Shown: positions 27,184 through 39,717, numbered from the whole stretch's first letter. The stretch is 63,903 nucleotides of DNA, filler included, from Octopus bimaculoides (GCF_001194135.2; 7 parts of 6 records of this genome joined end to end with filler, not necessarily neighbours in it); one strand, 5' to 3'. The notes: a model not told the origin generated them from the letters alone. Numbers and translations are program-made.

Positions 27184-27902
27184 GTTAATCGCTTTTAAAG
27201 TTTGCAAATTTTGGGTAATTTTAACCAATCAAAAATCACAGACATATAGGTGCCTGTTTCCATGGTAACAAGCCAAGCTGTTATCAAACTGTTTACCCCT
27301 CTGTTGCTATCCTGTCCAGCCACGTGGTCATTTTTCGCTTATTAAATACTTAAAAGACATGAAGCATGAGGTGGCCGTGAGATGTGCTAAAAGTAACAGC
27401 TAAATAGGCCTTAAATCATGCACCATTTTTTTTTTTTTGCATAATCACATGAATCCTCGTGTGTAGAATACAAATTCACACAAATTTTCTGAAAATTCCC
27501 CAAAATTAAAAAGCTATGAGGGAGCTTAAAGCAGAATTCCGCCAATATTTCATTTGCTTACAGTTTGATATTAAAACACGTGCTACTATCGCAATGTTGG
27601 CAACACGTGCACTCACGTGCAAAATGACAGCTTCCAAATCCTGTTTTCTGACTTTTTTTTTTCCAAGTTACGCATCCCATGTTTTTCATATTTTTATTTT
27701 ATTTATTATTTCCTTCTTTCTTTCTTTTTTTTTTTTCTTCAAGACAGGATAGCAAAGTAATGCTTCGAGAGGATTTGGCTGCTATTTCTAAAACGTAGAG
27801 GAATCTACGACCACGTAGAGGAATCCCATGAGCTGTGAGGAGGTTATTGTTATGGATGATGATGAATATGATGATGACGATGATGATGATGACGACGACG
27901 AC

Positions 27903-27939
<37 letters not shown>

Positions 27940-28886
27940 AACTTCGCATCAATACTGAATGGTCAGACCTATGACTCATCNNNNNNNNNNNNNNNNNNNN
28001 NNNNNNNNNNNNNNNNNNNNNNNNNNNNNNNNNNNNNNNNNNNNNNNNNNNNNNNNNNNNNNNNNNNNNNNNNNNNNNNNNNNNNNNNNNNNNNNNNNNN
28101 NNNNNNNNNNNNNNNNNNNNNNNNNNNNNNNNNNNNNNNNNNNNNNNNNNNNNNNNNNNNNNNNNNNNNNNNNNNNNNNNNNNNNNNNNNNNNNNNNNNN
28201 NNNNNNNNNNNNNNNNNNNNNNNNNNNNNNNNNNNNNNNNNNNNNNNNNNNNNNNNNNNNNNNNNNNNNNNNNNNNNNNNNNNNNNNNNNNNNNNNNNNN
28301 NNNNNNNNNNNNNNNNNNNNNNNNNNNNNNNNNNNNNNNNNNNNNNNNNNNNNNNNNNNNNNNNNNNNNNNNNNNNNNNNNNNNNNNNNNNNNNNNNNNN
28401 NNNNNNNNNNNNNNNNNNNNNNNNNNNNNNNNNNNNNNNNNNNNNNNNNNNNNNNNNNNNNNNNNNNNNNNNNNNNNNNNNNNNNNNNNNNNNNNNNNNN
28501 NNNNNNNNNNNNNNNNNNNNNNNNNNNNNNNNNNNNNNNNNNNNNNNNNNNNNNNNNNNNNNNNNNNNNNNNNNNNNNNNNNNNNNNNNNNNNNNNNNNN
28601 NNNNNNNNNNNNNNNNNNNNNNNNNNNNNNNNNNNNNNNNNNNNNNNNNNNNNNNNNNNNNNNNNNNNNNNNNNNNNNNNNNNNNNNNNNNNNNNNNNNN
28701 NNNNNNNNNNNNNNNNNNNNNNNNNNNNNNNNNNNNNNNNNNNNNNNNNNNNNNNNNNNNNNNNNNNNNNNNNNNNNNAACAACACAACCACCGACAACA
28801 ACAACAACAACAATAACAACAACAACAGCAGCCTCAAGCAGGAGGCTTTTTACGTGGTTATTGGTCCTGCTAGAAATACCAACCAA

Positions 28887-29130
28887 GGCGGTGAGCTGGC
28901 AGAAACGTTAGCACGCCGGGCGAAATGCTTAGCGATATTTCGTCTGTCGCTACTTTTCTGAGTTCAAATTCCGCCGACGTCGACTTTGCCTTTCAACCTT
29001 TCGGAATCGATTAAATGAGTACCAGTTACGCACTGGAGTCGGTATAATCGACTTAATCCGTTTGTCTGTCTTTGTCTGTCCCCTCTGTGTGTAACCCCTT
29101 GTGGGCAGTAAAGAAATAAGAAATACCAAC
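28887..29130 (+). mobile_element. tRNA-derived SINE family D, near full length
   Basis: A-box-like GAGCTGGCAGAA and B-box-like GAGTTCAAATTCC; CpGs intact; A-rich end. Confidence 0.8.
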
Positions 29131-30695
29131 CACATCTTCCCCAAATCAGATACCTACCGTGTTAAAGTAAAAGAAAAGAAAAGGACGCGATAGATAGATA
29201 TTATAATTGAAGAGACACCGCATCTGTATAATAAAACAGATGAGATGGTCACGGCAGGAATCGCTTTTGAATATAATTCTGTAAATCAGAGCTGACTTGG
29301 GGCTAAACACAACACAACAACAAAAACAGCAGCAGAAGCAGAAGGAACTACAACAATAACAGCAACATCAGAAACAGAGACAGCACATATAATGTAAAAG
29401 AGTCGGTTTAACTGCATTCTCTTCCTGTTCGATTGACCAGTTTCGGCAAGAAAGCAGACAGTTTGTCTAGATACGTCGCCATTGGAATATACAGCATTAT
29501 TAGAGATCATAGCTGTGGGAATTGGTTTCTACCAACACCGAACTCACACCATACCAGACCACGACACACGCACACACACACATATAAATATATATATATA
29601 TATATATTCGTACATATGTATATACGTACATATATATATATATATGTGTGTACGTATATACATATATACGAATATATATATACATACATATATATATATA
29701 TATGATATGTATGTATAATTGTACTAGCACCCATACCATCTTTTATGTAATATAGGAACACCACAACACTGCATATATGCATATACCAGCACTATGCTAC
29801 GTCACTTCATTTCATGGCAATACGAAAGCCGCAACCAACACATGTATATCAACATCATAGCATACCACCATACATGTATATGTGTGTGTGTGTATGTGTG
29901 TGTGTGCGTGCGTGCGTGCATGTGTATATATACCGATATATGTATGTATATATATAAATATACATATATATATATNNNNNNNNNNNNNNNNNNNNNNNNN
30001 NNNNNNNNNNNNNNNNNNNNNNNNNNNNNNNNNNNNNNNNNNNNNNNNNNNNNNNNNNNNNNNNNNNNNNNNNNNNNNNNNNNNNNNNNNNNNNNNNNNN
30101 NNNNNNNNNNNNNNNNNNNNNNNNNNNNNNNNNNNNNNNNNNNNNNNNNNNNNNNNNNNNNNNNNNNNNNNNNNNNNNNNNNNNNNNNNNNNNNNNNNNN
30201 NNNNNNNNNNNNNNNNNNNNNNNNNNNNNNNNNNNNNNNNNNNNNNNNNNNNNNNNNNNNNNNNNNNNNNNNNNNNNNNNNNNNNNNNNNNNNNNNNNNN
30301 NNNNNNNNNNNNNNNNNNNNNNNNNNNNNNNNNNNNNNNNNNNNNNNNNNNNNNNNNNNNNNNNNNNNNNNNNNNNNNNNNNNNNNNNNNNNNNNNNNNN
30401 NNNNNNNNNNNNNNNNNNNNNNNNNNNNNNNNNNNNNNNNNNNNNNNNNNNNNNNNNNNNNNNNNNNNNNNNNNNNNNNNNNNNNNNNNNNNNNNNNNNN
30501 NNNNNNNNNNNNNNNNNNNNNNNNNNNNNNNNNNNNNNNNNNNNNNNNNNNNNNNNNNNNNNNNNNNNNNNNNNNNNNNNNNNNNNNNNNNNNNNNNNNN
30601 NNNNNNNNNNNNNNNNNNNNNNNNNNNNNNNNNNNNNNNNNNNNNNNNNNNNNNNNNNNNNNNNNNNNNNNNNNNNNNNNNNNNNNNNNNNNNNN

Positions 30696-31012
30696 GTGAA
30701 ATTAACGTGCAAGTGGATGAGCACTCCACAGACACGTGTACCCTTAACGTAGTTCTCGGGGATATTCAGCGTGACACAGTGTGACAAGGCTGACCCCTTT
30801 GAATTACAGGCACAACAGAAACAGGTAGTAAGAGTGAGAGAAAGTTGTGGTGAAAGAGTACAGCAGGGTTCGCCACCATCCCCTGCCGGAGCCTCGTGGA
30901 GCTTTATGTGTTTTTCGCTCAATAAACACTCACAACGCTCGGTCTGGGAATCGAAACCGCGATCCTATGACCGCGAGTCCGCTGCCCTAACCACTGGGCC
31001 ATTGCGCCTCCA
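30696..31012 (-). mobile_element. SINE family B, CpG-intact copy
   Basis: Reverse complement contains the tRNA-like head seen at 2171-2298. Confidence 0.85.
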
Positions 31013-31072
31013 CAATTTCGTACTGTAACCGCTGAAAAATTACAGATTATAATATGATCCATTTCGGTGTCG

Positions 31073-31300
31073 TGGAGACGCATGGCGTAGTGGTTAGGGT
31101 GTTACACTCATGATCCGAAGATTGTGGTTTCGGTTCCTGGACCGGGCGATGTGTTGTGTTCTTGACCAAAACACTTCATTTCACGTTGCTCCGGTTCACT
31201 CAGCTGGCAAAGTCGAGTAATCCTACGATAGACCGGCGACCCGTCCAGGGGGAATATATACACCACAGAATCCGAGAAATTGACCATATGAGCATATGGC
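31073..31300 (+). mobile_element. tRNA-derived SINE family E (inverted related copy at ~31570-31830)
   Basis: TGGCGTAGTGG A box, GGTTTCGGTTCC B-box-like motif, then a gtgttcttgaccaaaacactt..ttgctcc central domain. Confidence 0.7.
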
Positions 31301-31869
31301 TACGGACGGACTTTTATTTCTTTGGACTCCAGTACTTCACTACTCCACTGTTGATCAATTCCTTTGCTATGTGATTAGAGCTTGCTCATCGCGTTATACG
31401 TTTATATATCCAGTTTTACTTTTTTTTCTTACGTTTTGCTTAATTATTTGATGTAGTGATCCTCAGCCCTTTTTTTTTTTTTTTGCACCACGGACCGAAG
31501 GATCTCGTGGCTAGCAGAACACAATAAAGTGCGTAATATATAAGTCAATTAAAAGGGTAAATTGTAAAGAGCAAAGACCCCCTTCAGCCACACATGACCA
31601 TGGGACTGCACCTAGAAAGTTACCCTCGAAAGCACATGTTCAGGCAAGCTTGTTTGTCGAAGACCAGCAGTCACTCATGCATACCATCCTCCCCTCTCCA
31701 CGCCACCGTTACAGCTTCGCACCAGTGACATCGCAACTCACTTCTACAGCTGGGTGAACTGGAACAATGTGCAATAAAGTGTCTTGCTCAAGAACACAGT
31801 ACACAGTCCGGTTTGGGAATCAAACGCACAACCTCAACTTTCACTCATGTATATATATATGTATGTATA

Positions 31870-32093
31870 TATACACTGACCGCTAAATCCACAAGCTTTT
31901 TTTCTCTGTTTATTTCCTTGCGTTCCTTTCTGTTGAAGAGCGTAGGCTCGAAACGTAGAAGACTTTCTCACCTTTACGAGCGTCAAACTAATCCACCTGC
32001 TTGTTGTTTATATACCTGTATATATATATGTATGTATATATACACTGACCGCTAAATCCACAAGCTTTTTTTCTCTGTTTATTTCCTTGCGTT
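31870..32093 (+). mobile_element. Penelope-type terminal repeat with hammerhead-like motif, followed by the start of a second tandem copy
   Basis: Homologous to 11710-11892; motif at 31926-31961; 31861-31924 is repeated at ~32030-32093 before a 10-N gap. Confidence 0.65.
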
Positions 32094-32103
32094 NNNNNNN
32101 NNN

Positions 32104-32153
<50 letters not shown>

Positions 32154-32348
32154 ACATACATACAAAACTGCGAACATACGTAGATACATACATATGGAAA
32201 TTTTTGATATACATTATCATGATATACTTTATACGGAACATTGTAAACAACATTAAACTATTTTAGAAAGCGATTACAATTCTTGGTGAAAATAAGAGAA
32301 TTAAACCAAATCCAAATCCAAATAAATGTTTTACGTTTATATATATAT

Positions 32349-32686
32349 ACTAGCAGTATAACCCGACGTTGTCCGGGTGTGAGTTATTACGTCATCTACG
32401 ATAAGTCTTGCTAGGTGAAAATTATCTAAAAAAGAAAGCCTTACAATGAAAAAACCCTTATGATGTAAATATGTTCATAATTCAAAAGACGATGAAATTA
32501 ATATGGAAAGTCTGAAGGCTGTTTTGTGTAACGTTATTAAGTGTACGTAAATTTCATCCGTCTAATTGGCTATACAAATGCTTGTGCAAAGCAACTTTTT
32601 GCGCTGCCTTGATTATACATAGCAGGGTAATTCCTTTTCGTAGGAGGTAGGACGGCAATTTCTGATGAAGCAATTGCTAGCGATCT
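32349..32686 (+). mobile_element. Helentron/Helitron2-like non-autonomous element end (second end at 52712-53017, minus strand)
   Basis: ACTAGCAG..CCCGACGTTGTCCGGG terminal palindrome pattern; the reverse version CACGGGCAACACCGGGTATCTCTGCTAGT is at ~52989-53017. Both abut linker gaps. Confidence 0.55.
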
Positions 32687-32786
32687 NNNNNNNNNNNNNN
32701 NNNNNNNNNNNNNNNNNNNNNNNNNNNNNNTTAATTAATTAANNNNNNNNNNNNNNNNNNNNNNNNNNNNNNNNNNNNNNNNNNNN

Positions 32787-32830
<44 letters not shown>

Positions 32831-33039
32831 GTATGTATGTATATATATATATGTATATATACGATGGGCTTCCTTCAGTTTCTATCTACCAAATCTACTC
32901 ACAAGGCTTTGGTGGCCCAAGGCTATAGAAGGAGACACTTGCCCAAGTGCCATGCAGTGAGACTGAATCCATCAAAAATCATCGATAATATAAGGGATCC
33001 TTATATATATCTAATATATTTTATTTTAAAAACCAAGGG

Positions 33040-33945
33040 AAATAACCCATTCGTCCCTGGAAGGGATCCTTATATATAGCCAAGGGAAATAATCCATCCA
33101 TTTTCCTAAATTATTTGGTAAAAATGAAATTGATTTTGCTTATTTCTCAATATTTGAACTGTTAGATTTATTTTTGCAATTTATCCAGTACAACCCTTAA
33201 ACAAGTAAATAGTATTTTCTTAAACAATAGATCCACTTATTTTGGTTAGTGACTTATTCAAGAATATACCAACACTAGCGTCCCTTAGGGTAATATTCTC
33301 TGGGAACGCACAAAAGCCCTTTCCAGAGTTATTTACTTTGAATTGTTATCTCATATCTGATTAGCTGTTATTATGTAACATGCTTCATGATTTTAGTTTA
33401 CATACCTTATTAGTATTTCCTCCTAAGTTCTATATACTCTGGGAACGCATTAAAACCCTTTTCGGGGCTACTTTATTTGAATTCTTACTATCAGGTAACT
33501 AATTTCATGTTATTACATAACTGACTTCACAATTTGGGTATTCATAACTTCTTGGGAATTCCTAAAAACAAGATCCTGTGTAAGATAGTTCAGTATTCTT
33601 TATAAATGCAGGAAAACCATTTTAAGGGCTACATACTTTGTATTGTTGTTATTGGATTAGCGAAACGATTATGAGAACGGAACCAAGGGATAAGCCCCGT
33701 TTTCCCGGGAATTACTTGGTATGTCAGCTAGTAACTAATATATTTTATTTTAACAGCCAAGGGAAATAACCCATTCATTTTCCTATATTATTTGGTATAA
33801 ATCAAGTTGAGTATGTTTATTTCTTAGTATTTGAACTGTTAGAGTTATTTTCACAATTTATCTAGCCCTTAAACAAGTAAATAGTATTATTATAAACAAT
33901 AGATCCACTTATTTCGATTAGTGACTTATTCATGAATATACCATG
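33040..33945. repeat. Diverged tandem array with ~140-bp subunits and a ~680-bp higher-order repeat
   Basis: 33078-33270 recurs at 33759-33942; the ctctgggaacgca... subunit is at 33298 and 33437. Confidence 0.7.
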
Positions 33946-34139
33946 AATGATGATGCCTTTCATGTCACTTTAGCCATTAAAGATAGGTGGAATATTTTGG
34001 CCAGATATGGTCATTTTAAATGCTAAAAGGTTAAACACATTTAAATATTATTTAAAAATTATTGATTTTCAAGCCTCTGCTGCAACACTTCATCTTTTCT
34101 TATTTCACTAAAATACATGTATTACCCTTTTATATCCAG

Positions 34140-34318
34140 ATAAACTTGTGTCTGAAGACGGCATGAAAGTGATTTTTACTCCGAATCAGAAGGTCCCATT
34201 GATTATAGTGAAATCTGATGGTGGTTTTACCTATGACACTTCCGACTTAACTGCCATTAAACAGAGATTGTTTGAGGAGAAAGGCACTTGGTTGATTTAT
34301 GTCACTGATGCTGGACAG
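34140..34318 (+). CDS. RARS1: Internal exon of cytoplasmic arginyl-tRNA synthetase (179 nt, starts in phase 1, ends in phase 0)
   Basis: Translates (x)[59 protein letters not shown], recognisably matching metazoan ArgRS (human as recalled: [46 protein letters not shown]). Flanked by a pyrimidine-rich ...tatccAG acceptor and a CAG|GTgtgt donor. Confidence 0.96.
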
Positions 34319-34584
34319 GTGTGTGTTATCAGTCTTAATATCTCATTACATTCATTATTTGTGGCACCAGAATGTAGGTATATATGCATGCATGTATGCA
34401 TGTGTGTTTGTTCATTTGTTCGTTCTCTTCTGTTTTTAATTATTTCAATCAGTGGTTGGTTCCCAACCATTTATTATCCCTATGGATCCCTCCAATTCTT
34501 ATTTTACTCATGTGGACTCATAACTATTCGATGTTTAAAAAAATCCCATTATATTTTTGTAATTAAATGTCATTAGGAATTGTG

Positions 34585-35700
34585 TTGGGTCATCCCATAA
34601 ATAATGCAGTTTTTTTATACTTCTTTTATTTTTCAAAATTAAGATAAACAAAGTTCTTTTTTAATCTAAAATATACTCCTTCATTTTCTATAATGCTCTT
34701 CCAGAAGGCCCCTCTTCCAAAATTCACTTGTCTGTAACGAAAAATACTCCTCCAGTACTTTTCTGACCTTGTCTACAGAATTCATATTTCTTCCGTCCAA
34801 CTGATTTTGAAGACTGCAGAATAAATGATAATCAGATGGGGCAATGTCTGGCAAATATGGTGGGTGGGACATCATTTCCCATTCAAACTACTCCAGCCTT
34901 TGGAATGTCATCCTCGCTGTATGTGGCCAAGCATTATTATGATGGAGGTATACCTTTCATCTTGAAACCAAAGATGCTCATTTTCCTTCTAGCTCTGACT
35001 TAAGCTGTTGAAGTTGCTCGCAGTAGATCTCCTTTGTTATTGTTTGGTTTGGGTTTAAAAGTTCAAAGCAGACTAAAGCTTTCATATCCCACCAAACCGA
35101 TAACAACACCTTATGTGGCTGAAGACATTCTTTAGCCTGGGGTGCTGGTGTTTCTCCTTTCCCTATCCTCTGTCTTCGGCACTTGACATTTTTATAGAGA
35201 ACCCATTTCTCATCACCAGTCACTATTCAGTCTAAAAAAGGTTCATTCATGATGGTAAAGAAGAGCACAAATTCACTCTCTGCATGCGATTAGCCTTGGA
35301 AAGTTTGTGAGGACCCAATTTGCTGACTTTTCCGATGGTACACAAGTGTTGATGAATGGTTGAATGACCAACTCCAAGCTTCTCTGCTAGTTCCTCAACA
35401 GTTACGATGAGATTTTGTTCCACCAGGGTTTGTAGGATATCCTCGTTGTGCTCTACAGATCTTCCAGGATGAGTCTTGTCTTCTAGGCTGTAGTTTCTGG
35501 CTCAGAATTTCTGAAACCACCACTGACACTGGCTTACACTTAGTGCCTGATCTCCATATATTGCATTAATATTCCTTGCACTTTCTGTTGTGTTGTCGCT
35601 TCATTGAACTCATAAAGCAAAATATGCTAAATATGCTCCTTTGTCACTTCCATTATAGTTTTGAAAAAATAACTGTTAAAATCGAACTGCACTCATCAAA
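34585..35700 (-). mobile_element. Decayed mariner (DD34D) element inside the ArgRS intron, antisense, one TIR visible
   Basis: TGDEKWVLY, KVLLSVWWD, HHNNAWPH (HDNARPH decayed) and HPPYLPDIAPSDYHLF; TIR TTGGGTCATCCCATAAATAATGCAG at 34585. Confidence 0.92.
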
Positions 35701-35846
35701 ACTTGTCCTACCTACCTACTGACCTACCTACTGACCTACCTACCTANNNNNNNNNNCAATCACCTTGCACTACCTATATCCATTCCTGCGCCTGTTATGA
35801 CCACCTTTTCTCGTCTGTTATCACCTGCTTTCTATCATTTTTACAG

Positions 35847-35956
35847 TCTACTCACTTTTCCACACTCTTTGAAGCAGCTGAGATGCTGGGATGGTATGAC
35901 AAATCTGTGGTTCGTTGTCAACATGTTGGTTTTGGTGTTGTCCTTGGTGAAGACAA
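35847..35956 (+). CDS. RARS1: Next exon of cytoplasmic arginyl-tRNA synthetase (110 nt, phase 0 to phase 2)
   Basis: Translates [36 protein letters not shown](K), matching Arg[39 protein letters not shown]. Acceptor ...catttttacAG, donor AA|GTaagc. Joins in frame with the 34140-34318 exon. Confidence 0.96.
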
Positions 35957-36699
35957 GTAAGCGATTTCCTTCAAAATTCTGCCATTCATTCAGTTTTTTA
36001 AAATCAAATCAAAAACATAGTTTTTCTCTGCTTGCTTTTATTATATATTTATACTACTTTTTAAAAAATAATTTTATCAATTATTTTTGGGTACCACGAG
36101 TTGCCAAATATTTAAAATTATTATTATTATTATTAGCTATATTAAGTCTCTGAGCGAGAGGTAAATAGTAACAGTACAGAATCGTAAAATATATTTGCCA
36201 ACTAAATGTGGTGGTCCCATAGAAGATGATGTTACTGTTGTTTCTAGCCCCAGGAAGACATTTTCTCCAGCTGGCCAAAGGCACACTGTCTGTGTCCGAT
36301 TAGTATTTGCGAGGGGAGGTCATTGCTCCCATCTCTAGCCTTACATGATACACACAGACCTGGGTTTCTGGGTTGTTACCCGTCTTCAGTGTGTGATAAT
36401 CACTGGCTAGTGATGAAAACTCATTCCACTCGCAAAATACTGCTGTACTTTTTCCTGCAACAAACTGTCGCTGATCTTGAAAAAGGAGAAATAAGCTATA
36501 TTAAATCTCTGAGTGAGAGGTAAACAGTAACAGTATGGAATGGTAAAATATATTTGCCAACTGGTCTGGAAATCCATCTGCTGTTAGTACCCACTCTGTG
36601 TTGGACTTGAAATGCTGTCCTTCATGACTTGTTGGTGCCCACTTAAGCTGGCACACCTCCAGAAATATTTAAATACTGCATTTGTATCAACAATGATGT

Positions 36700-37530
36700 C
36701 GAAAACACGGGTAAATTGGTGTGGACATCTTTTGTGCGTCACGTCTTTCTGAGGCTTATTTCCTTGACCAAGATGCTGTCATGGGTCAAGCATAGACCAA
36801 TGTTAGGCATTTGTCATCTAGAATGTTGCTAGGCACTCACAGCATTGTAGCAGCTGGACAAAGCGATGAACAGGAAAACAATTCAAGATTTCTGTTGGGG
36901 GTTAGTTGAGAGTATGTGCATCAATGGTATTTATTCTGGGCATCAGCAAGAATCTGAGTGGCATCTTCTGGAGGGCTTTCAGGTCAGAGATTATGGATAG
37001 CTTCCAAAAGTCCTTGGCATGGTAGTGCTACAGAGATAAAGTGGTGGTGGTGGTGATGTTGGTGCATTACCTGTTTGTGACAAGCTCTTCAGGTATGGGA
37101 GTGCTAACAGCTGAACTTGCCCAAGGTGTTTGCAGAAGGATGAAGCTGTCCTGCATGCAGTTGTCCAGTGTCTGCATTAACTACTTGTGGGCCTGTGTTG
37201 ACCAGCTGCTGTCTCATGTAAGACAATCCAGCTGCTCACCTAGTGTATAGTGAATACTGATGCACCACCTTCATTTGGCAGAGAAGGGAGGCTGATCTTT
37301 CTCTGCTCAGTGGCTGTGGTGGACCCATCTTGAAGGTTTGAAGGCTAGTAATTTCCTATGTGGCCACGCTCTCATCAATTTCTTTAAGTATTGGTTGAAG
37401 AGAAAGATGAGGGTAGAGAAGGAGGTGCTGCCTTCTAGTGTGTTTATCAAAAGGTGGATGAGAGTTGCAAGACTGGTGAGGATGAATGGGCCTTTGAGTA
37501 CGTTCTTCCAAAATGGAGGTAAGAAACTGT
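36700..37530 (+). mobile_element. Tx1/L1-like ORF2 C-terminal (zinc-finger) region
   Basis: TCPRCLQKDEAVLHAVVQC (CCHC-type) and FFKYWLKRKMRVEKEVLPSSVFIKRW. Confidence 0.75.
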
Positions 37531-38901
37531 AAAAAGGAACTTCTCATGCCTTTGAAATAGCAGAGTAATCTAAACTTTTTGTGAAGGTTTTTCTCAAATT
37601 ACCCTAAGTGAACTGCCTCACTTTTGGGAATTCTATTTATTTATTTATTTTTAAAAATTCTATTTTAAAATCCTTTATTATATCCTTGTTGTTGTTGTTT
37701 CTTCTTTCAATTGATGCAAACCTTGCCTTTTTGAACAAGAAATTTAGCACTTTTTTAATAATTTTTTAAACTATACATAGAGCACTAAATGTAAAATAAA
37801 ACTAAAAGAAAAAAGTATATTGATTCATACCAGTACAAATACGAAGAATATCTGAATATCTGAAAGAAGAACAGAAAAATATAATTTCAGAGAAAACTAA
37901 TGGGGTCCAGTTGGACCATATTTTATGCTATAACATCCATATGACAAGAAATTTTTAACTCAAAATTTGTACGTGCATATATAAACTATAGACAATAAAA
38001 GTCATGAGATATAAAATCATTTAAATAAAAAATGTATAAGTTGCATAACATTTAAAATTTGCTGGGGGTCCCAAGGGATCTTGTTGGCCCATGAAGGGTT
38101 AAAAAAGATTAAAAGGGTTTCATCTAGGGCATGACAACATCTGTAGTATTTATGTCACGGTAGAACACATAGTGCTATAGCAGAAGACACATGCCCTACT
38201 AGAACCTTGCCATTGGGAAGCACACTTCTTAATCACATAGCCATGCCTGCACTATAAAGTTGTTGATAAAGGGATGAAAGCAGAGTAGGAGTTTAAAAAA
38301 CCCTTGGTTTTGTCTCATCAAAGGCATGACAACGTCTGTAGTATTTATGTCATGGTAAAACATATTCTGTTAAGTGGTAGGTGTTAAAACCAACATCTGA
38401 CCATAGAAACCATGCCAAAATTTAAATGTACAAGCGAGTGAGACATAAGCCTCCGACCTCTTTGAAGGACAGTAGCTATGAATAATAACTGACTCAGACC
38501 GTCCAACCTGTGCCAGCATTGAAAGTAGACAAGTGGTGGTGGTGGTGGAAGTGGGAGTGGCAGTGGCAATGATGGTGATGGTGGTAGTAGTGGCAGTGGT
38601 GGTGATAGTGGTAGTGGTAGCAGCAGCTGTGGCAGTGGTGGTGTTGGTAATGGTGGTGGTGATGGTGGTGGTGTTGGTAATGGTGGTGGTGATGGTGGTG
38701 GCAGTGCTGGTGTTTGTGTGTATGGGATGGGGGCTCGATGGGTGCATGTGTGTCTGTCTTCATGTGGGTGCATGTGCTATCTGTAGTAAATTTGAGACAC
38801 ATTAGACTTCATACATTTTTTGTTTCTTTTATGTCCTGTGAGAGAGAAAAAAAAATCCATCTTTAAATTCACCTTAAGAGTCATTTGGCTGTCAGTAGTA
38901 T

Positions 38902-38944
<43 letters not shown>

Positions 38945-39284
38945 ATGTGATTATTGAGTAAATTATCAGAAAAGGGGGAAAAAAAAAAAAGAATCATTCA
39001 AAGTCGTGTGCCAAAAGTTGCTAATAAGAATTAATTATGAAATGTTTTTCGATTGGCCAATATAAGAAAATTTCCTTGGCAACCAGATTTATAAGACTAA
39101 TGAAATAAAGATTTATAAAGAAAGCAACAAATTGGGTGTCTTCTTGTGATTGGCTGTCAGTTCTTGTACAAGAAAAAACATTTGCTATCTGGGTACAGTT
39201 GCATGTCATATGAATTGAGCAGTGTAGGCTTGATGTTGGTACGGAAGAGTTCATTGGAAAATATAGATGATCAAGACAGTGGTG

Positions 39285-39717
39285 GCTATTATTATTATTA
39301 TTGAGTGAGAGAGCAGGGCGTGCCATCAAAGTGACACTGGGGTAAAATATACGAAGCCCAGCATACGCATCATGACTGCCAGCCTGATAAGGGTACACCA
39401 GGCACATGCATCACAACCATATGGCGCGATATAGTGGTCTCATATCAAGATAAACAGCGCATGACCTTGCAGGTGGGGCCCAGTTAGAAATTTTTTCAGG
39501 TCGAGTAGCCCATCCTGCTAAAAAAGGTCCTTGAATAAAGGTTGTTTGAGGATGTCGAACGAAATACCCATGTTTCCAAAGGTGAATTATCCAAACTCCA
39601 AAGAATTCCTCTCAACACATTCCTATGATGCTCCCCCACTACTTCTGCTCATGATCAGAGATGCACATATCATCAGCCACTAAGGGACATGCTCAACTGG
39701 TTAAGGTCAAACAACTG
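39285..39717 (-). repeat. Family C interspersed repeat, reverse copy with (TAA)n end
   Basis: Reverse complement of the 2303-2515 and 2970-3185 cores. Confidence 0.75.

Noticed and set aside
34319-34576. C-terminal extension of ORF 34148-34576 ([10 protein letters not shown]...)
   Set aside because: Read-through into the intron after the GT donor at 34319; ArgRS similarity stops exactly at DAGQ.
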